From the IMG/VR virus record IMGVR_UViG_3300036987_000310, positions 312,675 to 376,674 of that record: a DNA stretch of 64,000 bases, one strand, 5' to 3'. The position numbers and the translations under genes were made by a program. Positions within the stretch are counted from its first letter, which is position 1, and each line of letters begins with the position of its first letter. Origin of the DNA: a virus. Lineage: Duplodnaviria; Caudoviricetes. Positions 10,403 through 18,704 of the stretch are shown here, one piece after another. Under the pieces are notes generated by a model. It was given only the letters and a program-made list of their open reading frames with translations. It made no database searches and had not been told where the DNA came from.

Positions 10403-11089
10403 ATGCGGCCGGTAATGGCGTTTGTTGACGAAAGGGCGCTGGCAAGAAATTTCAAGACCGGGGACGTGGTTCAAAAGGCCAGTCTTCGCGAAATGCTGCC
10501 TGCGCCATACTACGGCCGTGTTCTGTTTGCGAATGTCGAAACTGGCGTTGTCGTGGTCCAGTGGCCGTGGGGTGCTGAACAAGAATACCCGTCCACGTTG
10601 AATCCCGTTTTGGCTCAGGATGTGAAAAGCATTCTCGACTTGAATCAATGGTATTCAAACTGGGACGCCGCCAGACATGGAATATATGGGGACGAGCCGG
10701 ACCCCGGGTATTCTGCAATGTCTGCAAAAGTAGCTGCTGCTTATGAGCGAAAAACGCTTTCTCTGTGGCGAAATGCGTGCAAGCTCATGCATTACGGATT
10801 CGATGAACTTGGAGCTTTTAAACAATTGAGTTCTGAGTTTGGAGAAGAATTTGGGACTGACTCTGTGCGCAGAACCGTCGCCAATTTGTATGAAACATCG
10901 AGGCGCCTTGCCGTATACTGGCACGATTCAAACCGCAGATATCGCGTCACTCGAAAAGAAAGAGATTCTGGTGTTTACACCTGTCCCAGGTGCAAATCAA
11001 TCCTGAAACCAAGAACTTTTCGTCAAAATCAAAAAGTAATGGCATGTCGTTCGTGTGGTTTCACGATACACCCTCGAGATCTCGTATAG
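10403..11089 (+). CDS. Hypothetical protein with SH3-like N-terminus and C-terminal Zn ribbon
   Basis: AGGAGG SD; CPRC...CRSC. Confidence 0.7.
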   Translation: MRPVMAFVDERALARNFKTGDVVQKASLREMLPAPYYGRVLFANVETGVVVVQWPWGAEQEYPSTLNPVLAQDVKSILDLNQWYSNWDAARHGIYGDEPDPGYSAMSAKVAAAYERKTLSLWRNACKLMHYGFDELGAFKQLSSEFGEEFGTDSVRRTVANLYETSRRLAVYWHDSNRRYRVTRKERDSGVYTCPRCKSILKPRTFRQNQKVMACRSCGFTIHPRDLV

Positions 11090-11123
11090 GCTTAGTGGAA
11101 CACTCGCCTGGTGGGGTTCGATC

Positions 11124-11370
11124 ATGGACTCTGCCAAACCAACACGCTACATAGTTTACTGCCATACCCATATTGAGTCTGTACGCCGGTATACCGGGCT
11201 GACTAGGCGCACGATGGATAAGCGTTGATCTCAGCATGTGTGTCAGTCACGATATGCAAAGAATAAAAACGCACGTTCTTTTGTTGACGCGTATGTTCGA
11301 TCAAACGGAGAAAGAATTTTCAAGGTTTGTGTTAGGGAAAGAGATAAACGTAGAAGGGAATTGAGTACTT
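11124..11370 (+). pseudogene. Decayed GIY-YIG endonuclease, paralog of 45329-46207
   Basis: MDSAKPTRYIVYCHTHIESVRRYTGLTRRTMDKR* aligns with MDSPKPIRYTIYCHIHIESGRRYTGLTKKTMAFRW; TGA at 11226-11228 replaces the Trp; likely later frameshift. Confidence 0.8.
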
Positions 11371-11407
11371 GTCAGCAAGTAATAGCCTTGTTTTAGACCA
11401 TCATGAC

Positions 11408-12022
11408 ATGCTCAAACAAATGAACGCGTTATACCGAATTGCGTCAGAACTCGAAGCTATCGATCCACTGATTGCCTACGAATTCGATCAACATTTGCGA
11501 AGCCTCGTTTCAACAGATCGAAGTTTCATTCTTGAGCTGCTTCCTAGAGAGAAGAACCTGTCAAATCAACTTGACAGAGTTGAACTTGTTGAAAACAGGT
11601 CCGGAGGATGGGACTGGATACATACGAATGTTGACGGGCAGGGAACGCGCGATAAAACCGGGTGGCGCCTCCAGCCGAGTGAAATTTTGAAAATGATTGA
11701 TTCGTCTGTCGAGCCCGGCCCCATGACAGACGAAGTCAAAGCCCTTCTTGAGCAAGAAATGTCTGGTGGGAACCCTGGAGTTCCGCGTGGGTCCGAAATG
11801 ATCGGGGAACCGACGGCTCTTCCTGACGTCGACATGACTGAGACTCCTAGCGCCGTTGAAGAAAACTCTCATCCCTGGGATAGGGGATTCTCACTTTCAG
11901 ATCATGGCCTAGCCTCTCAAAAGCTTGTCAAAAAAGCCATACACGTTGCGTATTCTCGCCCTGACCTCCGTTCTTCTATTCTTCCAATATTGCGAAAAAT
12001 AATCAAGCACAACTCTCACTGA
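11408..12022 (+). CDS. Hypothetical putative internal head protein
   Basis: C-terminal IHVAYSRPDLRSSILPIL resembles the motif in 7198-9825; start could be the TTG at 11369. Confidence 0.6.
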   Translation: MLKQMNALYRIASELEAIDPLIAYEFDQHLRSLVSTDRSFILELLPREKNLSNQLDRVELVENRSGGWDWIHTNVDGQGTRDKTGWRLQPSEILKMIDSSVEPGPMTDEVKALLEQEMSGGNPGVPRGSEMIGEPTALPDVDMTETPSAVEENSHPWDRGFSLSDHGLASQKLVKKAIHVAYSRPDLRSSILPILRKIIKHNSH

Positions 12023-12048
12023 TAGACTTACTATTGGTTTGATTTGGC

Positions 12049-13746
12049 ATGGCTTTCCGAAGGTACGCTCATGCTATAACCACTGCCAAGGATGTGGCCT
12101 TTGACCAGTGGATGGAAGAGATTCGTTCCCAAAATGAGGGAATAGCTTCCAAAAATCACATGAATCGTGTCGCAAACACGATTCTTCGTAAAGCAGACCC
12201 TAAACAATATCTTTTAAGCCATGCAACCATAGTCGCATCAGTTGACGTGTATTCCCCAAAGGGAGTTAGAACTGGGAAGGCGACAAATCGTGGTGTTCAA
12301 ATTGATGTTCGGTATCCGGATTTCAGGATAAAGCCGGACGGACACGACATAGTTAACAATAACGGGGATGCGTGGGAACGATCGTTGCTTCTATCTACGT
12401 ACCGAAGCTTCATCGGAGCGCCGAATTACCTTGAGCACATTCAGCTCCCTCAGTTGTCAAAGGGCTTCATTATTGACGCTATTTCGAGAGATCTTGGGAA
12501 CACCTGTTACATAGATATTCTTGTTGGAACAGACAGGAAGCATGGAAAGCTGGTAGCTGACATCCTTTCAGGTGAAATGTCAGCACTGAGCATGGGATGC
12601 ATATCTTTGTTTACAATATGCACCAAATGTGGAAATATTGCAGCAGACGACGCTCAACTTTGTCCATGTGTTCAATATGAAGGAAAGGGAACCCCATATG
12701 CTGATGAGGATGGTGTACAGCATCCAATATCCGAGCTAATTGGACACGTCAGTGTCCCAAATTCAAATCAGTTTATTGAAGCTTCTTGGGTGAAAAACCC
12801 TGCTTTTCGTGGAGCTGTCAGGAGAAATTTCCTGAACGCTGACACTGTTGCTGTTGCTTCAAAGCTTGGAGAGGCCGCCAAAATTTATGAACTTCGTCGG
12901 AATGAAATTCATTTTGATGATGCAAAACGAGCAGCCTCGGTGAGGAAAGCTCAGGGGCAAGACCTTGGACAGGGGCAGAGTTCTGGGCAGTCTTCAGTTG
13001 ACGGACAAGGACAAGACACTGGACAGGGGGATTTTGGACAAGGACAAGACACTGGACAGGGGGACCTTGGACAGGGGGACCTTGGACAGGGGGACCTTGG
13101 ACAGGGAGATTCTGGACAAGGAGATTTTGACTTTGGCGGTGGCGGAGCGAGCGGTGGCGGAGCGAGCGGTGGCGGAGAATCGTCTGATTCCGGACAAGGC
13201 CAAGGTTCAGGTCAAGGTTTAGGCCAAGGCGGAATGGATGAGATGGTTGAAAAAGCACAGAGTCTTCTTTTGCAAAATTTGGTTAGAAATCTCGAAGAAA
13301 GACTGCAGCCGAAGCCAGAAGATGTTAAAGCTGTTGCACCGACCAACTCAATTGATTGGGAAAGCTCCGGTGGAAACGATAATATAGTGAGATCGTCTCA
13401 AGAATTTTCAAGACGACTACGTAGAATTTTCACAAGTAAAAAATTGATAAAATGGGCTGAAAAAGCTTACAAAACGGTTCATGTTGGTGGAGTTGGCAGC
13501 ATTCGATCAAACAACATGACTTCTCGAGATTTGATAGTCCTTTCATGGATTGAAGATTGTGTGAATGGACGCAAATACTCATCAAATCTTTACAAGATAG
13601 CCATGAATGTTGGCGCGTCCTCCGCTTATCCGAGTTCTAAATCGTTTGTTGCTGCTTGCAGCATGCGTCTCGGACGAGCTCCGACTACTGAAGAGAACAG
13701 ATTCTTCACCTGGAAGGGCAGAATCGCCTCTCTGGCTGAGTTTTAA
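12049..13746 (+). CDS. Prohead maturation protease-like protein
   Basis: FIGAPNYLEH (His) and ALSMGC (Ser) motifs; position before scaffold and capsid genes. Confidence 0.65.
   Translation: MAFRRYAHAITTAKDVAFDQWMEEIRSQNEGIASKNHMNRVANTILRKADPKQYLLSHATIVASVDVYSPKGVRTGKATNRGVQIDVRYPDFRIKPDGHDIVNNNGDAWERSLLLSTYRSFIGAPNYLEHIQLPQLSKGFIIDAISRDLGNTCYIDILVGTDRKHGKLVADILSGEMSALSMGCISLFTICTKCGNIAADDAQLCPCVQYEGKGTPYADEDGVQHPISELIGHVSVPNSNQFIEASWVKNPAFRGAVRRNFLNADTVAVASKLGEAAKIYELRRNEIHFDDAKRAASVRKAQGQDLGQGQSSGQSSVDGQGQDTGQGDFGQGQDTGQGDLGQGDLGQGDLGQGDSGQGDFDFGGGGASGGGASGGGESSDSGQGQGSGQGLGQGGMDEMVEKAQSLLLQNLVRNLEERLQPKPEDVKAVAPTNSIDWESSGGNDNIVRSSQEFSRRLRRIFTSKKLIKWAEKAYKTVHVGGVGSIRSNNMTSRDLIVLSWIEDCVNGRKYSSNLYKIAMNVGASSAYPSSKSFVAACSMRLGRAPTTEENRFFTWKGRIASLAEF
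12952..13230 (+). repeat. Gly/Gln/Asp-rich coding repeats (GQGDL, GGASG)
   Basis: GACCTTGGACAGGGG and GGCGGAGCGAGCGGT units. Confidence 0.85.
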
Positions 13747-13788
13747 AACATTGATGAGAAGAGTTTCCGATAGGAGGCATTTCAGGCC

Positions 13789-15006
13789 ATGCGTCAGCGA
13801 ACAACTTGGAAGCAGACACCACGCAGCGCTTCAACTGAGCGTCGTGCCGACGATCTCTACACGATGAACCGTGATGGTGGAAACCCCCAGCCAGCGGTTG
13901 ATGAGTACGAGAGCGGAGACCCGTCGACTTGGGCTGAAGACGTAAACTCCGGTTCGTCTGTGGAAAAGGAGTACGCAGGCGGTGCCGTGAAACGCAATGA
14001 AATTGGATTCCCTGAATTCAGGGAGGACACTTTCAATCATGCCGGCACTCGTCCATGGGGAAAGGGCGGCCAATACGACAACGCAAGGCTTGCCGCTCAG
14101 CGAAAAGCTGTTGCATGTGAACGTGTTGCGCGCGCTATCCTTCGTACGGATGACGTAAAACTGATTGAAGCAACGACGATGGATCTCATGAGTCTTCCTG
14201 CAAAGGCTCTTGTTGCCACCATCAAGCGCATGGATCAAATCTCCCCCTCCTCTTTGTCGGAAAACAGCCGTTATCGTCGTGCTTTGGCCTGCACGAAGTT
14301 GTCGGCTCTCCTTCTCACCGAGGAAGCTGAAGAAGAGGCGATTGAGCGTCTTGCAACGCTTTTCAACAGCATTGACGATTCTACGCTCAAGGGAATTCTG
14401 AGTGTGGTCGCAACTTCTCGCGTTTCCGGTGAGAGCAGCTCTGAAGAGGACGAGTCCGTCGAGAACAAAGACGAGACTGACGAGACTGAAGAGCCTAAAG
14501 AGACAACTGCTGCTGAAAAAAGCTCTGCAGAAGAGCAAAAAGAGCAGGGCGAAGAAGAGAATGAAGAGGAAGGTGTTTTGACCGATGCCGACCTCGACAA
14601 GCTCAAGGAAATGATGGAAAACGTCGTGGAAACTGCTGAAGCTGCTGAAGCCGAAGTTGAAGCACAAGGCGGAGACGTCGACGATCTTCAGCAACTTTTC
14701 GAGGGTGAGGACGAAGAAGCTGGACAGGCCCCAGCTGGACAAACTTCCAATTCCCCGGTCGACATCACTTTCGACGAAGGTGAAGAGGAGACAGCTGGAA
14801 CGGTGTCCATGGCGTCGGATCTCGATGGCTTGTTTGACACCGATGAAAACGTTGCCCAGCGTGAGCTGCGAGCTGCTCAAGCTAGCAACTTCAACCAGCG
14901 AACTGCTTCGAGCAAAGGTGCAAAAAAGCTTGGTCAAGTCAGAGCTGCGAAATCCGCATCTGTTGATGAAAACCTAGAAGCTTTGTGGGATCGCCCAGCG
15001 CAGTGA
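13789..15006 (+). CDS. Putative capsid scaffolding protein
   Basis: GGAGG SD; very acidic and helical; lies between protease and capsid genes. Confidence 0.6.
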   Translation: MRQRTTWKQTPRSASTERRADDLYTMNRDGGNPQPAVDEYESGDPSTWAEDVNSGSSVEKEYAGGAVKRNEIGFPEFREDTFNHAGTRPWGKGGQYDNARLAAQRKAVACERVARAILRTDDVKLIEATTMDLMSLPAKALVATIKRMDQISPSSLSENSRYRRALACTKLSALLLTEEAEEEAIERLATLFNSIDDSTLKGILSVVATSRVSGESSSEEDESVENKDETDETEEPKETTAAEKSSAEEQKEQGEEENEEEGVLTDADLDKLKEMMENVVETAEAAEAEVEAQGGDVDDLQQLFEGEDEEAGQAPAGQTSNSPVDITFDEGEEETAGTVSMASDLDGLFDTDENVAQRELRAAQASNFNQRTASSKGAKKLGQVRAAKSASVDENLEALWDRPAQ

Positions 15007-15011
15007 AACGC

Positions 15012-15044
15012 CTGATGACTCGAGGAATCTCTTTTAGTCATCAG
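15012..15044 (+). other. Stem-loop in ~200 nt intergenic region
   Basis: CTGATGACT (15012-15020) pairs with AGTCATCAG (15036-15044). Confidence 0.5.
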
Positions 15045-15211
15045 TTGATACGCATATAGGATACGCAGACAGGCGCAGTAACGGAGATTTGGTCAAAGGA
15101 AGAACTGTTTAGGATCTAAAGAGGCGACAGTTTCGCGGAAACGGACTGAAGCTACCTCTGAAGTGAATTGCAGAACAACTGGCGATCGGGTTTACGGGAA
15201 CTGGAGGAAAA

Positions 15212-15877
15212 ATGGGTAGCATCGGTGGTCTCGCATCAGGCGATTTTCGCCTCAGCCAAGGGGCCCTGCGTATCCTGTATTCCATGCAGAAGGACACCAT
15301 TCCGGTTCTTGCTGCTGACGGATACACGCAGGCAAACCCAAACGTCGTAACGAATGTACTTGCACGGTCAACAACTCTTCCTACGAATGTGAAGTTGGGC
15401 GTGATTGGTGGATCCGTTGCGTTCATCCGACCCGATTCCGGGTCCAACACGGTTGGCGGCGCTGTTCTTGTGAACGCAGCTTATGTCGTCAACACTCGTC
15501 CGGTGGGACTGTTCATCAACGACGCGCTCGGCAACGCGTTTGAGAACACTCCTGGCGTCGCGTCTGGCAAGGGACCGTTCCTTCGTGGTGGCGCTGTTGG
15601 CGTCAAGGTCTATGAGACGCAGCAGCAGACGACAGCCGGCGGTGGCGCTGTTGGCGATGCGCTAACTGCGTACGCTGCTGGGCAGAAGCTTTACGCTTCG
15701 GTCAACGGATACCTCACCAATCGGTGGCAGGACTCTTATGAGTACCAGTGGATCAACGGAGTCTCCGGCTCCGGAGCCGCTTCTGCCTGCATCGAGCCCG
15801 ATGTGACCTGCATGGGTCTCATCCTTTCGCCCCCTGATTCAACAAGCGCCGAGCTCTTCGCCGAGCTCAAGTACTGA
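15212..15877 (+). CDS. Putative capsid decoration/stabilising protein
   Basis: GGAGG SD; beta-rich, strongly biased codons; directly upstream of MCP. Confidence 0.55.
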   Translation: MGSIGGLASGDFRLSQGALRILYSMQKDTIPVLAADGYTQANPNVVTNVLARSTTLPTNVKLGVIGGSVAFIRPDSGSNTVGGAVLVNAAYVVNTRPVGLFINDALGNAFENTPGVASGKGPFLRGGAVGVKVYETQQQTTAGGGAVGDALTAYAAGQKLYASVNGYLTNRWQDSYEYQWINGVSGSGAASACIEPDVTCMGLILSPPDSTSAELFAELKY

Positions 15878-15891
15878 GAGGAGAAGAGATC

Positions 15892-16779
15892 ATGGCATTC
15901 GGCGTACAGGTTGTTGACAACACCATCAAAGAACAAACCGTCGACAAGTACATTGGTACTTCTGCCGGGCGTAAGCGCCTTGCTTCGTCGATGATCCAGC
16001 CTCTGCGTGAGCGCAGAGACTACTCGTCCGTCGGCCGCAAGACCTTCTTGGTTGAGCAGCTCCCGGATGGCGCACTCCCGATCTATGACAAGGATCCGGA
16101 CGTGATCGCGTACGTGATTGGCGAAGAGGGTGAGAGCATCACCGCCGTCGCCAAGCCGCGTCGCGTGATCTTCCCCTTGTTTGAGGTCGCGGCTCTGCCC
16201 AAGGCTCCGCTTACGCAAATCAAGGAGCGTCGCTACGACCTCTTGAAGCGCATGCAGGACCTCGGCAAGGCTCAGATCCAGGCTGCAGAAGACGATCGCG
16301 TTTTCTCGATCATGGATGCAATCGCGATCAACGGATTCGACTCGCTTCCGGGCGGGACGAACCCCGACATCCCCGTGGTTGCCCCGATTTCCCCAGCTGT
16401 CCTCGCGGACGCCTTCTCAGAGATCGAGCGCCATGACCTCAGGGTTGCTCGCGTTTACATGAACGCGGTCGACTACGCCGACATCAGGAAGTTTGGCCGC
16501 GATGTTCTTGACATCGAAAGTCAGGCGACCTTGTGGAAGACCGGCATGATGGCTACGGGCTGGAACGCCCAGTTCATCGTGTCTCGTCTTGTTCCGGCTG
16601 GCGTCGTGTACATCTGCTGCGAGCCCGAGCAGTTTGGACGCATTCCGGTCCGCACTGAACTGACTGTGCTTTCGGCGGACAACCCGGAAGAGCGCACCAT
16701 CGGATTCTCGATGTTTGAGAATCTTGGTATCGGTGCATACAATCCTCGCGGCCTCGTCAGGCTTATCGTACAGCGCTAA
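15892..16779 (+). CDS. Major capsid protein (HK97-fold expected)
   Basis: 295 aa, strong SD, high-expression codon bias, tandem TAA TAG stop followed by a hairpin; position after protease and scaffold. Confidence 0.8.
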   Translation: MAFGVQVVDNTIKEQTVDKYIGTSAGRKRLASSMIQPLRERRDYSSVGRKTFLVEQLPDGALPIYDKDPDVIAYVIGEEGESITAVAKPRRVIFPLFEVAALPKAPLTQIKERRYDLLKRMQDLGKAQIQAAEDDRVFSIMDAIAINGFDSLPGGTNPDIPVVAPISPAVLADAFSEIERHDLRVARVYMNAVDYADIRKFGRDVLDIESQATLWKTGMMATGWNAQFIVSRLVPAGVVYICCEPEQFGRIPVRTELTVLSADNPEERTIGFSMFENLGIGAYNPRGLVRLIVQR

Positions 16780-16796
16780 TAGCTCGCTACGAGTGT

Positions 16797-16832
16797 TGAA
16801 CCCCCAATCATTTCAATGTGATTGGGGGTTCA
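16797..16832 (+). terminator. Perfect 14-bp hairpin after MCP
   Basis: TGAACCCCCAATCA / TGATTGGGGGTTCA with 8-nt loop; U-tract is weak. Confidence 0.65.
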
Positions 16833-16835
16833 TGC

Positions 16836-16871
16836 ATGTTTGAGACACATGTTTGAGGTTTGATGTTTGAG
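16836..16871 (+). promoter_or_regulatory. Three direct repeats ATGTTTGAG upstream of the methyltransferase
   Basis: Copies at 16836, 16849 and 16863; -10-like TAAAGT at 16874-16879, 6 nt before the ATG. Confidence 0.4.
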
Positions 16872-16885
16872 TGTAAAGTCGCAAT

Positions 16886-18061
16886 ATGAGACTTTGCAAA
16901 AACTGCGGCCCTCTCCCTTCTGAACAATTCGCTACCCGATCTTCAGGTTATACCCCAAATGTTTGCCGCTCTTGCGAACGGCGTATGGCAGCGGCTTATA
17001 GAAAGTCGGCATATGCCGATGCCAGTCAACGTGTCAAAATTCAAAAACAAAATGCTGCATGGCGTTCAAAGAATTTGAACGAGCTGGCAAATAAAGCGAG
17101 GGATCGATATCGCACCGCATTGCACCGCGACGCGGTGCTGCGGAATGTTCCAGATGAATTGAAGAACTGGGCTGAAAAGTTTTCCAACACTAAAGAGATT
17201 CTGGATTTCATTAGGAAAGATGGGTTTTTGCCGGAACCTGAATCTGTGCAGGCCATATTCAAGCGGCTGAAGGACGTTTCTATTCGAGACCCGCTTCCTC
17301 AATTGCAAGTTGGCTTGTCGTATCTGGATAATGTCAACCCTCACAGGTATGACTCCTTCACAGAGGGGAAGCCAAGTTTGAGTCAGGCTTTCAATGACGA
17401 CGAGTCTATGATTCAGGTTTTGAACTACATCCTAAAATCTGGCCGGGAGCCTACCAAGGATCTGGTTCTTCGAAACCTAAAATTCAACGTCATGATGCCG
17501 TCTCACTTCTTTCCCAGCGCGGCTGCAGCGATCGTGAATGAATTTGCCAAGGGAGGGGTGGTTGCCGATCCGTTTCTGGGATGGGGAGGAAGAATTCTCG
17601 GATTCATGTGCTCCTCGGCCAAGTTATTTGTTGGAACAGATCTCAACGAACTCTCTGTTGCTGGTGCATGTCGCATATCGGAAGATTTTTCCAACGTGTC
17701 TTCTGCGAGCGCTACATGCATGCGCGCCGATTTTTCCGATTTCTTCAGGTCAACGTCAGACCGTTTCGATCTGATTTTGGCGAGCCCTCCGTTCTTTGAC
17801 TCGGAAAACTACGGCCCTGGCGTGTCGAGGTCGAGAGGCAGAGATTGGGTCTCCAGTGTGGCCAAACCACTCGTAGACGGAGCCATCAGAACGCTTGTTC
17901 CGTCCGGAGTCGTGGCCATCCATGCCCAAGATAGACCGAAGACTGCCGTCTTGAGCATCGTGCTGGCATGTTTTCTTGGAGCTGGATTTGAAGTTTTCTG
18001 TGAGTACAAATATGGGAAAAGGCCAGGTCAGTCAGTTTTGGTGTTCAGGAGACGTCCGTGA
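16886..18061 (+). CDS. Zn-finger-fused DNA amino-methyltransferase (m4C/m6A type)
   Basis: N-terminal CxxC..CxxC; SAM motif VADPFLGWGG; catalytic motif SPPF. Confidence 0.75.
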   Translation: MRLCKNCGPLPSEQFATRSSGYTPNVCRSCERRMAAAYRKSAYADASQRVKIQKQNAAWRSKNLNELANKARDRYRTALHRDAVLRNVPDELKNWAEKFSNTKEILDFIRKDGFLPEPESVQAIFKRLKDVSIRDPLPQLQVGLSYLDNVNPHRYDSFTEGKPSLSQAFNDDESMIQVLNYILKSGREPTKDLVLRNLKFNVMMPSHFFPSAAAAIVNEFAKGGVVADPFLGWGGRILGFMCSSAKLFVGTDLNELSVAGACRISEDFSNVSSASATCMRADFSDFFRSTSDRFDLILASPPFFDSENYGPGVSRSRGRDWVSSVAKPLVDGAIRTLVPSGVVAIHAQDRPKTAVLSIVLACFLGAGFEVFCEYKYGKRPGQSVLVFRRRP

Positions 18062-18612
18062 AAGTTGCGAAGGTCGGAAGATGTTATGTGTGCAAGACTG
18101 ATGGCTTGGACTTGTGCCAAAACGGAAAATGCAAAAGCTGCATGTCGGCATATAAGCGCATGTGGTATGAGCACAATAAAGCCACTATTCGCCCGAAGCA
18201 GGAGGAGTACAGGAAGGAGAATCTCGAGAGGCTCAGGAGCGCAGACAAGCTGTGGAGAGAGAACAACCAAGAAAAGGACGCTTTGCGGGTATCCAGCTGG
18301 GCGAAAAACCACCCTGATCGCCGTGCCGAGTCTCAACGCAGACGTCGTGCTCGAAAACTTGGAACACAAATACTCCCTATAACTCTCGCGATGTTGGCTG
18401 GAAGGCTCGAAGTTTTTGGAAACAAGTGCGCATACTGTGGCGGCCCGTTTGAACACTGGGACCATTTTAAACCGCTTGAACTTGGCGGACCTCATATGTT
18501 ATCCAACATGCGACCATCATGTGCAAAGTGCAATATTCGGAAAGGACGCATGAGTCATAAATTGTGGATGCGGAAGCTAATGAATAACTGCTCCAATTAT
18601 GCTAAGGAGTAG
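18058..18612 (+). CDS. HNH endonuclease
   Basis: CAYCG..WDHFKPL..GG..SNMRPSCAKCNIRKG; GTGA overlap with the MTase stop. Confidence 0.88.
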   Translation: MKVAKVGRCYVCKTDGLDLCQNGKCKSCMSAYKRMWYEHNKATIRPKQEEYRKENLERLRSADKLWRENNQEKDALRVSSWAKNHPDRRAESQRRRRARKLGTQILPITLAMLAGRLEVFGNKCAYCGGPFEHWDHFKPLELGGPHMLSNMRPSCAKCNIRKGRMSHKLWMRKLMNNCSNYAKE

Positions 18613-18704
18613 TGATGCTGAATGGTTGAGTGATGTGACAACACGCCTGGTAGAGTTCTCCATCCACCCATCTTGGGTGGTGATACACATACGGAGAATT
18701 CAAC

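Noticed and set aside
11100-11125. GGGGTTCGATC resembling a tRNA T-arm
   Set aside because: No acceptor, D or anticodon arms can be folded
13831-14937. 368-aa antisense ORF over the scaffold gene
   Set aside because: Mirror of a biased acidic coding strand; no recognisable features
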